DNA of 64,000 nucleotides from Candidatus Calditenuaceae archaeon (GTDB lineage: Archaea > Thermoproteota > Nitrososphaeria_A > Caldarchaeales > Calditenuaceae), in the NCBI GenBank assembly GCA_025058055.1, contig JANXEU010000007.1, positions 379 to 64,378 on the forward strand. The letters run 5' to 3'. A program made the translations under genes and the position numbers. This document shows positions 29,392 through 39,413 of this stretch, in pieces. The notes under the pieces are model-generated. The model was not told the DNA's origin and made no database searches. It saw only the letters and a list, made by a program, of their open reading frames with translations. Every line of letters starts with the position of its first letter. Position 1 is the first letter of the stretch.

Positions 29392-30159
29392 ATGCGGTGC
29401 GGTGTCTGCGACAAGGAAGAGGTACTGCCTTTCAGATGCGCTTACTGCGGACTGTATCACTGTGCTGAGCACAGGCTCCCCGAAGCTCACGACTGCAAAT
29501 ACCTCCACCTAGCCAAATCACCTGTCGAGATCGAGAAGGTCGAATCGACGATTCGCGAGAGGAGACCTATACGGGTGGGCATCAGGCTCAGCAGATCCGA
29601 GCTGATTAACTTAGTAATCGGCTCAGCACTCGTGAGCGCCGTCGGGTTCACGCTTCTCAGATTCGGAAGAATAGACACGGCGCACTTGGCGCTCGCAATC
29701 GGCGCGTTCACGGCCTCCTTTCTCGTTCACGAGCTAGCACACAAGTTCGAAGCTACAAGGCAAGGATACACCGCAGCCTTTAAGCTCTCGACCATAGGAG
29801 TCCTCCTCACACTCATATCGGTATTCTCTCCCTTGAAAGTCATCGCGCCTGGCGCGGTCAACGTTCACGGCCTCCCGACCTCAAAGGCACTCGCTCGAAT
29901 CGCAGCAGTTGGTCCATTAACCAACATCGTGATAGCGTTGGTGTGCTACATTGTCTCACTCGTCACACTGACGATCTCTCCAGCTTCTCAATTGGGCAGG
30001 GTCTCCTTCGTTGTTGGTTCTCTTAACTCCTTCCTGGCCCTTTTCAACATGCTTCCGTTCGGTCCTCTAGACGGGATGAAGGTGCTGAATTACAGCAAGA
30101 AGGCTTGGCTCGCGCTGTTCATACCGGCCGCACTCCTCACCCTCTACGGTTACCTTTGA
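29392..30159 (+). CDS. AN1-type zinc finger fused to site-2 (M50) membrane metalloprotease
   Basis: CGVC..LPFRCAYCGLYHCAEHRLPEAHDC; HELAH; FNMLPFGPLDG. Confidence 0.85.
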   Translation: MRCGVCDKEEVLPFRCAYCGLYHCAEHRLPEAHDCKYLHLAKSPVEIEKVESTIRERRPIRVGIRLSRSELINLVIGSALVSAVGFTLLRFGRIDTAHLALAIGAFTASFLVHELAHKFEATRQGYTAAFKLSTIGVLLTLISVFSPLKVIAPGAVNVHGLPTSKALARIAAVGPLTNIVIALVCYIVSLVTLTISPASQLGRVSFVVGSLNSFLALFNMLPFGPLDGMKVLNYSKKAWLALFIPAALLTLYGYL

Positions 30160-30177
30160 CCCCTCGCAAGACGTGAG

Positions 30178-30696
30178 ATGACCAACAGAGATATAGAGGC
30201 GTCCTTGGATAGATGCGGTTTGGAAGAGGGAGCGGAGAAGGAGGCCGCGATACTTCAGCAGATCAGGAGGGTCAGGAGCAAGTTCGGGAGAAGACATCAA
30301 CCCGACATCGAGGATTATCTCGAGGTGATATACGCCCTAGATCGGGTCAAAGGCTACACCACATCATCTGACGTCGCTCTTCACCTCAACGTCAAGCTTC
30401 CTGCGGTCACGAAGATGCTCAAGAGACTTCACGAGCTGGGATACATCAAGTACGAGCGTTACAGAGGTTTCGTCCTCACGGCGAGCGGCCGCGAGCTGGC
30501 CTCCGAGGTGCTGCGAAGACACGGCGTCTTAGTAGATTTCCTGAGAGTTTTGGGAGTCACAGAAGAGGTTGCGGAGGCGGAAGCCGAGTACCTCGAACAC
30601 GGCCTGAGCAGTGACACTCTGAAGAGACTCATCGGCGTTATAGAACTCTTCAGAAGGAAGCCCGAATTACTTCAGGAGCTTTCAAAATCTCATTAG
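30178..30696 (+). CDS. DtxR/MntR-family metal-dependent regulator
   Basis: EDYLEVIY, AVTKMLKRL, RRHGVL..FL, AEYLEH. Confidence 0.9.
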   Translation: MTNRDIEASLDRCGLEEGAEKEAAILQQIRRVRSKFGRRHQPDIEDYLEVIYALDRVKGYTTSSDVALHLNVKLPAVTKMLKRLHELGYIKYERYRGFVLTASGRELASEVLRRHGVLVDFLRVLGVTEEVAEAEAEYLEHGLSSDTLKRLIGVIELFRRKPELLQELSKSH

Positions 30697-30734
30697 TTGA
30701 CCTCAGGTTTGCGGTATTCAGAACGTCGTGAGCT

Positions 30735-31712
30735 CTACACGATCTCCACAGAGCCGTAGGCTGTTACGAACTTGTCGAGGTGCTGGATCCTCTTAGCTGG
30801 ATGTGGGTGCGTGCTGAAAAGGTCTGCTAGCGGGCTAGGCTTAGTTCTGCGCAACCTGTCAATGACCCCTTCTATGTTCACGTCGGGATCTACAAAAGTC
30901 TCAGGATCCGAGATGAAGAACATCTTGAGAGATTCTGTTCTAACTCGCTCCTCTGGTCTAACCCTGCCCGTAAGTGCCATGATTCTAACAAGCGCTCTCT
31001 GCAGCTTCCTCGCACCACCTGGCACGACTACCGCTGCGTGCGAGTCCGCGTAATACTCTCTCAACCTACTCATCAAGAAGACGAAGATGTTGAAGACGAA
31101 GCTTAGGACCATCAGCGCCAACCCCACGAGCAACGCGTATCCCCCGCCGTTGCGTCGACCTCCGCCAAACGCGCCCGACATGTAGAGCGAGTAGCCTATG
31201 TAGTAAATGATCGCGGGAAGGAGACTGATCATTAACATCACCATAACATCCCTGTGCTTAAGGTGCCCCACTTCGTGGGCTAGGACAGATTCAAGCTCGT
31301 CGCGCGGCATTCGCCTCAAGATGCCCCTAGTGACCGCGACCATCGGTCCCGTGACTGGGCTTCCGTAAGCGAAAGCGTTTGGAAGGTCTATCTCAGCGAT
31401 CATGACCTTGGGCTCTCGAGAGAGGCCGCTTCTCTGCGCGAGGTTCCTGACCGACTCGTATAACCACCCCTCGGACACGTTATCGGCGGGCCTCGCGTGA
31501 TATACCGCGTTTATGATGTACGGTCCAAAGAGCCACTGAATCAAGTTAAGGGCTAGCACGAAACCGATCACGCCGTAGAAGTAAAACGCCGGCAACCCGA
31601 GATAGAGGATAATACCTGTGAGCACGAGCGCTGCCGCTCCGAAGACCGCGAACCACACACCGACCATCGTCAGCCTAAGCTTCAGTAACGAGACTCCTAC
31701 TGCCGCTGTCAA
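30735..31712 (-). CDS. htpX: Zinc metalloprotease HtpX (M48)
   Basis: PNAFA, LAHEVGH, SRLREYYAD, FSTHP. Confidence 0.92.
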   Translation of the reverse strand: MTAAVGVSLLKLRLTMVGVWFAVFGAAALVLTGIILYLGLPAFYFYGVIGFVLALNLIQWLFGPYIINAVYHARPADNVSEGWLYESVRNLAQRSGLSREPKVMIAEIDLPNAFAYGSPVTGPMVAVTRGILRRMPRDELESVLAHEVGHLKHRDVMVMLMISLLPAIIYYIGYSLYMSGAFGGGRRNGGGYALLVGLALMVLSFVFNIFVFLMSRLREYYADSHAAVVVPGGARKLQRALVRIMALTGRVRPEERVRTESLKMFFISDPETFVDPDVNIEGVIDRLRRTKPSPLADLFSTHPHPAKRIQHLDKFVTAYGSVEIV

Positions 31713-31800
31713 TTCTTACATCACCTCTAACTAGCGTTGACGGTTTCGATATTTATCCATTGAAGGATAACAATGAGATGTAAATGACTTGATGTAAAAG

Positions 31801-31872
31801 TGGGGCCGGCCGGACTCGAACCGGCGACCTCCACCGCGTCAGGGTGGCGTCATGCCTCTAGACCACGGCCCC
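31801..31872 (-). tRNA. tRNA-Val (GAC), intron-less, CCA not encoded
   Basis: Reverse complement folds as acceptor GGGGCCG/CGGCCCC-A, anticodon arm CCACC-CTGACGC-GGTGG, T arm GCCGG-TTCGAGT-CCGGC. Confidence 0.96.
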
Positions 31873-31895
31873 CAAACGCTGGCTATCGTACCACG

Positions 31896-31902
31896 TTATA
31901 AA
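31896..31902 (-). promoter_or_regulatory. TATA box of the tRNA-Val gene
   Basis: TTTATAA 24-30 nt upstream of the tRNA 5' end. Confidence 0.65.
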
Positions 31903-31936
31903 CGAAACCACATTAGGTCGTTGCAAGAGCAAGTGG

Positions 31937-31996
31937 TTGGGGATGAGGCCAGTCGCTCCAGACTGACCTGTGAGGAGGGAAGAGCCGAGCCGACCC
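31937..31996 (+). ncRNA. Box C/D methylation guide sRNA
   Basis: C box GGATGA (31941), D' CTGA (31963), C' TGAGGA (31971), D CCGA (31990). D guide GGGAAGAGCCGA is complementary to the conserved archaeal 23S segment UCGGCUCUUCCC. Confidence 0.72.
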
Positions 31997-32279
31997 GCTA
32001 ATCAGCGTCAACTTCCTGCTAACATCGATTTCAGAATATCACGAATACACAGACGAAGCTCACAAACGAAGTTATCGAACTCGTTACTTCGATGTGTGAG
32101 TTTTCTCCTACAGGGCGTAAGTGCTGAGATCTCTCTTCCCGCGTGGCGAATAAAGAACCCTACCTAGCGTGACGTGTCGCACAATGAAACCGAATCGAAA
32201 TAACTGCGCTCAAACGCTCACCTGAACTCAGGAGGATAGCTGAAAAGAAGTCGGTTTTTGGCGGAGGGAGAGTTGGAGC

Positions 32280-33914
32280 TCAATCGAAGCTGGGGGTCTT
32301 TCCCTCTTCCTCGCCAGGCTTACCCTTTTCCTCCTTCTTCTTCGATGATGCGATGACGTCATCAATTCTGAGAATCATGGCAGTGGCCTCGAAGCTGGAC
32401 TTTAGCGCTTGGACTTTGACCCTGATGGGTTCAATGACTCCGTTCGCGAACATGTCCTCCACCTTACCTGTGAAGACGTTGATGCCGTAGGTTATTCCGT
32501 TCTCAGCGTGCCTGTTCCGCAACGCGGTCATTATGTCGATGGGGTCGAGCCCTGAGTTCTCGGAGAGGGTTTTGGGAATGGCCTCTAAGGCCTCTGCGTA
32601 GGCCAGCATGGCGAGCTGTTCCTTCCCCGGATATTTGGCAGCCTCCTCTCTCACCGCCCTTGCGAGCTCAACCTCCACTGCACCACCACCTGGAACGAAC
32701 CTGTTGTCCTCGACGATGTTGATGACATTCATGATCGCGTCGTTGAGCGCGCGCTCTGCTTCATCTAGCTGCCTCTCAAGGCCTGCTCTGATTAGTACAG
32801 CGACCGCCTTGGGATCCTTACATCCCTCGACGAAGACCATCCTGTCCTCACCGATCTTCCTCTCCTCGACCAAGCCGGCGCATCCGAGGTCCTTAGGCTG
32901 GAGGTCCTCGAAGTTGGTGATTATCCTTCCTCCTGTCGCCTTCTCGAGCTTCTCCATATCGCTCCGCTTAACTCTCCTGACCGCTAGTATTCCCTTCTTG
33001 GCTAAGAAGAACTGCGCGGCATCGTCTATCCCTTTCTGACAGAAGACGACGTTGGCACCGACACTCGCGACCTTGTTGACCATCTCCTCGAGTATTCTGT
33101 GCTCCTCATCGAGGAACTGCTTCATCAGTTCTGGGCTCCTTATCCTTATCTCAGCGCTGAACTCTGTCTTTTCGATCTCGAACGGAGCATCGATCAACGC
33201 GACGCTCGCGTTCCTGACGACCTTCGGCATGGCAGGATGAACGACCTCCTTGTCGACGATGATTCCCTTTACGACGTCCGACTCAAGGAGGCTCTTGCCC
33301 ATCTTCTTTATGATCTGGATGTCTTCCTTGTCGGCCTTCAGCTTTCCGTTTACCTCCTTGACAACGCTGAGCACCGACTCAATTGCAAGGTCTGCGATGT
33401 GGTCGGTCGCGAACCCTAGGGACTTGCTCCCTAGCGATGTCTTCACGATCTTCTTCAGGGTTGACCGGTCCTGAAGGCTGACGTTTTTCGCAATTTCATC
33501 TAGCCTCTTCAGGGCCGTGACCATCGCCCTCCTGTACCCAGTTATTACGGTGCTCGGATGAACCTTCTGATCAATCAGCTCCTCCGCTTTCTTGAGCAGC
33601 TCACCGGCGAGCACCACCGCGGTCGTGGTCCCGTCTCCCACCATCTTGTCTTGAGTCTTCGCGACCTCGATGATCATCTTGGCCGCCGGATGCTCAACGT
33701 CCATCTTCTCGAGGATGGTGGCACCATCGTTGGTAACCACAACGTCCCCTATCGAGTCGACCAGTATCTTGTCCATGCCCTTGGGGCCGAGGGTTGTCTT
33801 CACGATCTCCGCGATGATCTTCGCTGCGGCTATGTTGTTTCGCTGAGCAGCTCTTCCTCTGGTCCTAGAAGTCCCTTCCTTCAGTATGATTACGGGCTGG
33901 CTAGACAATGCCAT
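32280..33914 (-). CDS. ths: Thermosome (group II chaperonin) subunit
   Basis: [32 protein letters not shown]. Confidence 0.97.
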   Translation of the reverse strand: MALSSQPVIILKEGTSRTRGRAAQRNNIAAAKIIAEIVKTTLGPKGMDKILVDSIGDVVVTNDGATILEKMDVEHPAAKMIIEVAKTQDKMVGDGTTTAVVLAGELLKKAEELIDQKVHPSTVITGYRRAMVTALKRLDEIAKNVSLQDRSTLKKIVKTSLGSKSLGFATDHIADLAIESVLSVVKEVNGKLKADKEDIQIIKKMGKSLLESDVVKGIIVDKEVVHPAMPKVVRNASVALIDAPFEIEKTEFSAEIRIRSPELMKQFLDEEHRILEEMVNKVASVGANVVFCQKGIDDAAQFFLAKKGILAVRRVKRSDMEKLEKATGGRIITNFEDLQPKDLGCAGLVEERKIGEDRMVFVEGCKDPKAVAVLIRAGLERQLDEAERALNDAIMNVINIVEDNRFVPGGGAVEVELARAVREEAAKYPGKEQLAMLAYAEALEAIPKTLSENSGLDPIDIMTALRNRHAENGITYGINVFTGKVEDMFANGVIEPIRVKVQALKSSFEATAMILRIDDVIASSKKKEEKGKPGEEEGKTPSFD

Positions 33915-34148
33915 CTCAGATCACCTCTCTGACCCATTCAGTGCCTTAATTTAACCCCTTTTCCAACGTCCTTGAACAACGTATTTGAAAAGCCCACAAA
34001 ATTGTAAAGTTATACGCCAAGAATTGAGGAGGAGATTCTCGTGACCGCGTTACTCTCGTCCCCACTTCGGATTAACCTGAGACGCGCCCGATCTCACACT
34101 CCGTCGACGTGTAACGTATTTTAGTGTGTTGCACGCTCGTAAAATGGA

Positions 34149-34544
34149 TTGGTCAGGGAGTTCGCTTACAAAGGGTACACGGTCGAGCAGCTCCAGAAAA
34201 TGAGCATGGACGAGTTCATCAAGTTGCTTCCTAGCAGACGGAGGAGGACACTCAAAAGAGGGATGACCGACGCGCAGAGAAAGCTCCTAGAGAGGGTCAG
34301 GAAGTACAAGAGGCTAGGCGTGAGCAAACCTATTCGGACTCATGCTCGAGAAATGGTAATACTTCCTGAGATGGTCGGCTTGACTGTAGCCGTTCACAAC
34401 GGCAAGGAGTTCGTACCGGTCGAGATCGTCCCCGAGATGATAGGCCACAGGTTGGGTGAGTTCGCGATAACCAACAAGCGCGTCGTCCACGGAAGACCGG
34501 GCGTCGGTGCGACGAAGAGCTCCATGTACGTCCCGTTGAAGTAG
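34149..34544 (+). CDS. rps19p: 30S ribosomal protein uS19
   Basis: [44 protein letters not shown]. Confidence 0.97.
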   Translation: MVREFAYKGYTVEQLQKMSMDEFIKLLPSRRRRTLKRGMTDAQRKLLERVRKYKRLGVSKPIRTHAREMVILPEMVGLTVAVHNGKEFVPVEIVPEMIGHRLGEFAITNKRVVHGRPGVGATKSSMYVPLK

Positions 34545-34619
34545 GACTGTGAGCCAACCCCGACCGGAAATCGAACAGGCTTTTGACTTCTTGCGGTCTC
34601 AGTTTCAGAGGCGCTGGAG

Positions 34620-35927
34620 CTAAAGGTGAAACTCACCGGCCCTAACACCCGCTGAGGCCCTCTCCGTCGATGTAATGGAGAAGGCCTCCCTGATCATTCG
34701 CTCATGGGCCGGCGTGAGGACTTTCCCCCTCCTCGACATCATCCTCCTCGCGGTCTCGATGGCCGACTCCAACCTCAACCCGATGAGTTCCGCCCCCAAC
34801 TGCCTCGCGTAGATAGTGAAGGGTGGGACGTCGTCAGTCACGCAACCGTATAGATGGCTGAAGGCACCTATCCTCCTTCCCGAGAACACGGTCGTCCCTA
34901 TCGAGGCCTTCACGTGATCACCGAGCACCGGTCCCAAGAAGACGCGCCCTGTGTCGATGGTTCCCGACTTAGTCTTCACGCGCACAACTCCGTAGGTGTT
35001 CTTGAGGTTGGAGAAGGTAGTCCCTGCGCCGAGGTTGACCCATTCTCCCACGTAAGTGTCGCCGACGTATCCGTGGTGCCTCTTGTTCGAGAAACTGAGG
35101 AAGATCGAACGCTCAACCTCGCCACCGATCCTGCACGACTCACCGATAAAGGAGTTGCGCACGAATGAGTTCGGGAAGACGATTGACGACTTCCCTATGA
35201 CGCACGGCCCCTCGATCCTTGAGCCGGACATCAGGATCGTACCTTCCTCAAGGACTACAGGCCCTCTCCTGACGTCGAGTGTCACATTAGGCTCCACGAC
35301 GGCCCCTTTGCCGACTAAGACTCTGCGCCGATCTCCCAACACCGATACACCCTCATGGACTTCTCCCTCCCACTCCCTTGCCTCAACGGACGAGAGATCT
35401 GACTCGAGTAGTTCAAGGCTGATGCTCACGAGGTCCCAGAATCCGGTAACGCTTCTGATGTCGGGCACCTCTTTGAGCTCCTCCACACGCCTCAAGAGCC
35501 CGGTCGCGTCTATGGGATAGTGTGACGAACCTCTGAACGACTCCACCAGGTCCTCCCGCGTCAGAAGGGCCCCAACCAACTGCCCACCAGACACTACAGC
35601 GCACCTCCTTCTCCGGAGGTCTCTAAGGGCACGGAGAACCTCACCGACTGGCGGAAAGCAAGCGTTTACGATGAGCACGTCATCGGACTTTATCGCATCG
35701 GGTTCGTTGATCCTACAGTCTGGTAGCCTCTCGCGAAGCGCCTCAGTTAGGTATATCCTGGTGAAGACTACAACCGGATCCTTCCCTCCCAACTCCGTCC
35801 TCCGATATCTGTCCAGAATCGACATGCTTCCAAGCACGAGCTCACAGAGGGCCCTCGTCAACGTCAGCGGCTCGAAGGGCTCAACGTCCGGTTCGATAAC
35901 TCCCAGCTGGCTGGTTAGAGCGGTCAT
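34620..35927 (-). CDS. GlmU-related putative sugar nucleotidyl/acyltransferase (left-handed beta-helix)
   Basis: FEPLTLTRALCEL..G N-domain; hexapeptide repeats; SNKRHHGYVGD..VGEWVNLGAGT..SNLKNTYG. Confidence 0.8.
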   Translation of the reverse strand: MTALTSQLGVIEPDVEPFEPLTLTRALCELVLGSMSILDRYRRTELGGKDPVVVFTRIYLTEALRERLPDCRINEPDAIKSDDVLIVNACFPPVGEVLRALRDLRRRRCAVVSGGQLVGALLTREDLVESFRGSSHYPIDATGLLRRVEELKEVPDIRSVTGFWDLVSISLELLESDLSSVEAREWEGEVHEGVSVLGDRRRVLVGKGAVVEPNVTLDVRRGPVVLEEGTILMSGSRIEGPCVIGKSSIVFPNSFVRNSFIGESCRIGGEVERSIFLSFSNKRHHGYVGDTYVGEWVNLGAGTTFSNLKNTYGVVRVKTKSGTIDTGRVFLGPVLGDHVKASIGTTVFSGRRIGAFSHLYGCVTDDVPPFTIYARQLGAELIGLRLESAIETARRMMSRRGKVLTPAHERMIREAFSITSTERASAGVRAGEFHL

Positions 35928-37856
35928 TCAACTCCTACCCGAGAGTTCACGTTCGAGGACCTGCTTCGCCTCTAGCACCTCCCTAACGCTGGCGTCGTCC
36001 TCAAGAGTGGAGAGGTCGCCGAGCTCAGAACCGGTCAGAACGGCCCTGATCACCCTCCTCATGATCTTACCCGTTCTGGTCTTGGGTAGCCGATCCACAA
36101 CGACGACCCGCTCGACGTATGCCACGGCACCCATCTCTCTTCTTACCAGCTCCCTCACCTCTTCAGACAGCCTCTCTCTGTCGGCGTTTAGACTGATTTT
36201 AGGTGTGACCAGAACCACCAACGCCTCGCCCCTAATGGGATCGGGAACCGATACGACCGCAGCCTCTGCGACCGCGGGATGTCGAGAAGCGACGTTTTCT
36301 ACGTCAGCCGGCGCGAGCCTGTGACCCGCGACCTTGACAACGTCGTCCACCCTCCCGAGTATGTAGACGTATCCGTCGGAGTCGAGGTATCCGTAGTCAC
36401 CGGTCAAATACACTCCGAACTTCTGCCAGTAGGTCCTCACGTAACGATCCGGATCGCCCCAGATGGTGTACATGAACGCAGGTGGTGTCGGTGGGTAGAC
36501 CACCACGTTGCCGCGCTCATAGGGCCCCAGCTCCCGACCGCCGTCATCGATCACGCCTATCTTTATTCCCGGATAGGGAAGACCCACGGACCCTTGTCTG
36601 TAGGCTATGGCTCCCGCTATGCCATACCCTCCAGGTGCAGCTATGAATCCGCTGTTCTCGGTCTGGCCCCAAGTCTCTATCACGGCGCAGTCGTCTCTGT
36701 CCTTTGCGACGTTTCGGCGGAGCCACCTCCACGCTTCCTCACCCAATATCTCGCCTGCGCTGACGATGATCCTCAGAGACCTTAGGGAGTATTTCCCTGG
36801 GATCTGATCGCCGTACCTCATGAGCAACCTGACCGCCGTCGGCGCAACCCACATGCTCGTGACCTGATGTTCGTCGACGATCTCCCACCAGATCCCCGAA
36901 TGCGGATGGTCGGGTGCGTCCTCATACCAGAGAACGGTCGCACCGTTGAGCAGGGGGCCGTAAATACTGTAGCTGTGGCCGTTTATCCAGCCTATGTCTG
37001 GGGTGGAGAAGAACACGTCGTTGTCTCCCCAGTTGAAGAGCCACTTGTTGTGTGCGTACGCCCACACCATGTACTGGCCGTGCAGGTGCATGACGCCCTT
37101 CGGCCTCCCCGTTGTGCCGGACGTGTAAAGTATGAAGAGCGGATCCTCGGACCTGACGGGTTCGGGCTCAACGACTGGAGCCTTCTCGACCTCCGAGAGC
37201 AGATCGTGATACCAGTAATCAATGGATCGATTCATCTTTACGTCGATGCCGGGCCTCTTCACGACGATCACGCTCTCCACAGATCCCGCCCTCTCAACTG
37301 CACCGTCGACCACCTCCTTGAGCGGAATTACCTTCCCTCTCCTGAACATGGCATCTGCCGTTACGACGACCCTTGACTGAGAGTCCGCGATCCTCTCCGC
37401 AAGCGCTTGGACACCGAACCCGCTGAAGACGACGCTGTGCACCGCACCGAGCCTGGCGACGGAGAGAACGGCGATCATCGCCTCTGGTATCATCGGCATG
37501 TAGACCGTGACTCTGTCGCCCTTTCTGAGGCCTAAAGATTTGAGGGCGAGGGAGAACCTGTTCACCTCCCTCAACAGATCCCAGTAGGTCAGGTGACGCG
37601 ATTGCCGATCACGACCGACCCACGTAAGAGCGACCTTCGTGGCTCTGCCGCGTTTGATGTTCCTGTCTAAACAGTTGAAGGAGATGTTCGTCTCTCCGCC
37701 TACGAACCACCGGTAGAAGGGTGGATTGGAGTCGTCCAAGGTGATGTCCCATTTCTTAAACCACTCGAGCTCGGCCGCCACCCTCTCCCAGAACTTCGTC
37801 GGTTCGCGCATCGACTCCTCCCAGAGCTTGCGATGGGCCGCGATGACCCCATTCAT
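35928..37856 (-). CDS. acs: Acetate/acyl-CoA ligase (AMP-forming)
   Basis: PPFYRWF, HSVVFSGF, LYTSGTTGRPKG, ETWGQTE, LPKTRTGKIMRR. Confidence 0.9.
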   Translation of the reverse strand: MNGVIAAHRKLWEESMREPTKFWERVAAELEWFKKWDITLDDSNPPFYRWFVGGETNISFNCLDRNIKRGRATKVALTWVGRDRQSRHLTYWDLLREVNRFSLALKSLGLRKGDRVTVYMPMIPEAMIAVLSVARLGAVHSVVFSGFGVQALAERIADSQSRVVVTADAMFRRGKVIPLKEVVDGAVERAGSVESVIVVKRPGIDVKMNRSIDYWYHDLLSEVEKAPVVEPEPVRSEDPLFILYTSGTTGRPKGVMHLHGQYMVWAYAHNKWLFNWGDNDVFFSTPDIGWINGHSYSIYGPLLNGATVLWYEDAPDHPHSGIWWEIVDEHQVTSMWVAPTAVRLLMRYGDQIPGKYSLRSLRIIVSAGEILGEEAWRWLRRNVAKDRDDCAVIETWGQTENSGFIAAPGGYGIAGAIAYRQGSVGLPYPGIKIGVIDDGGRELGPYERGNVVVYPPTPPAFMYTIWGDPDRYVRTYWQKFGVYLTGDYGYLDSDGYVYILGRVDDVVKVAGHRLAPADVENVASRHPAVAEAAVVSVPDPIRGEALVVLVTPKISLNADRERLSEEVRELVRREMGAVAYVERVVVVDRLPKTRTGKIMRRVIRAVLTGSELGDLSTLEDDASVREVLEAKQVLERELSGRS

Positions 37857-37913
37857 CGAAATCTAGGCTGACGGCCATCCGATAAATCCGTTTCAACGAG
37901 TTAAAGGTGCTCC

Positions 37914-38444
37914 TCAACTAGCTCTCAAGAGGCCGACTATGTGGGGGAGCTCCTCGGAGATGAGCTCGGCAGCCAGCCTTGCACCATCCGGGGAACCCGG
38001 AAATGCTAATACAACACAGCCCATGACGATTCCGGCGGTGGCCCTGCTTAGCATCGCAGCGGCACCTATCCTCCTGAAGCTCTCGATCCTAAGGACCTCT
38101 CCAAACCCCGGCAACTCCTTCTCAAAGAGCGGCCTCAGAGCCTCGACGGTGACGTCCTTCCTAGCGACCCCAGTACCCCCTATCACGATGAAGACGTCAC
38201 AACCTTCTCCGATGCCCTTGAGCACGGCTTCACGTATCTGCTTGACGTCGTCGTCAACGACTCCGTACCTCAATACAGAGTGACCCTTTCGATCGAGCAC
38301 CTCCGTCACCGCATCGCCCGAGTCGTCGACTACCTTATCGCCGCGCTGGAGAGCCTCGTACCGCGAGGTGCTAGCAGTCACGACACCGATCTTGATGGTC
38401 TTTGGTGCCCTTTCCCTATGCTCCTTAACAGCACCGGTGCCCAT
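37914..38444 (-). CDS. moaB: Molybdopterin adenylyltransferase MoaB/MogA
   Basis: DDSG, GGTGVARKDVT, ELPGFGE, LSRA, FPGSP. Confidence 0.92.
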   Translation of the reverse strand: MGTGAVKEHRERAPKTIKIGVVTASTSRYEALQRGDKVVDDSGDAVTEVLDRKGHSVLRYGVVDDDVKQIREAVLKGIGEGCDVFIVIGGTGVARKDVTVEALRPLFEKELPGFGEVLRIESFRRIGAAAMLSRATAGIVMGCVVLAFPGSPDGARLAAELISEELPHIVGLLRAS

Positions 38445-38468
38445 GTCTTGATGGCCACGAACTCTCTA

Positions 38469-39413
38469 TTAATTCCGAGCCCGTCTTATCTGCTCGGCGA
38501 ATTCAATCACCTCGCCTGCAAGCCTCTTAGCGACCTCGCGCGAGGTCATTATCGTGTCCGTGACCAAAACCTCGATACCGAACCTCGACTTGAGAGAGTG
38601 TGCCTGATCGGAATCGATCCTGTCGATCACCAGACCCTCAATGAGGCCGTCGAAGAACTCAGCTACTCCGAGTACGCCCTTCTCGTACCCGTAGGCCTCG
38701 AGGAGTTTGTCCGCGGGCCCTCTGATAGCCTTACCTCCAACTATCGGGCTCACGGCGACCTTCACGGCTTCTGACAGCCTGATCTCTTCGATGACCCCTC
38801 GTGTCTCGAGTATGGGGTGAATGCTGAGGATGGGGTTACTGGGTGCGAAGACCATCGTCTCTGCGGACCTAAGTGCCTCAACGACGCCAGGCGCCGGATG
38901 CTCGGACGGCGACCTCTCCCACCTGACATCGATTACTCGGGGCTCGGTCCGACGTTTCACGAAGTACTCCTGAAAAGTCATGGGGCCCTCATCCGTGACT
39001 ACGACGCTTACGACCCTGTAATCGGTCATGGGCAACACTCTACATCTCAATCCTAACCTCCTCGAGATCACCTCGGTTGCCTCCGTGAGGCTGAACCCCT
39101 CGGCGAGCATCTTGTTCCTCATCAGGTTGACGGCCATGTCAGAGTCGCCGATCTTGAACCAGTTCTCGAAACCCAACACCCCAATCATCTCGTTGCACCT
39201 GAAGGTGTCGCCCTTTATTCCCCAGCCCCTCTCCCAGTCGCCGATGCCGGAGAGAGCGTAAATGACGGTGTCGATGTCCGGGGAAACGTGGAGCCCGTAT
39301 ATCACCTCGTCGTCAGCGGTATTCACGATCACCACCAGCGCCTCGCCCAAGAGGTCGTAGAGACCGGCTGCAAGCCTCGACCCACCGACTCCTCCGGAGA
39401 ACAGAACCATCAA
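38469..39413 (-). CDS. cofD: 2-phospho-L-lactate/PEP transferase (F420 biosynthesis)
   Basis: SGGVGG, VNTADD, SPDIDT, WFKIGDSD, FQEYFV, PSNPILSI, GPADK. Confidence 0.95.
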   Translation of the reverse strand: MMVLFSGGVGGSRLAAGLYDLLGEALVVIVNTADDEVIYGLHVSPDIDTVIYALSGIGDWERGWGIKGDTFRCNEMIGVLGFENWFKIGDSDMAVNLMRNKMLAEGFSLTEATEVISRRLGLRCRVLPMTDYRVVSVVVTDEGPMTFQEYFVKRRTEPRVIDVRWERSPSEHPAPGVVEALRSAETMVFAPSNPILSIHPILETRGVIEEIRLSEAVKVAVSPIVGGKAIRGPADKLLEAYGYEKGVLGVAEFFDGLIEGLVIDRIDSDQAHSLKSRFGIEVLVTDTIMTSREVAKRLAGEVIEFAEQIRRARN

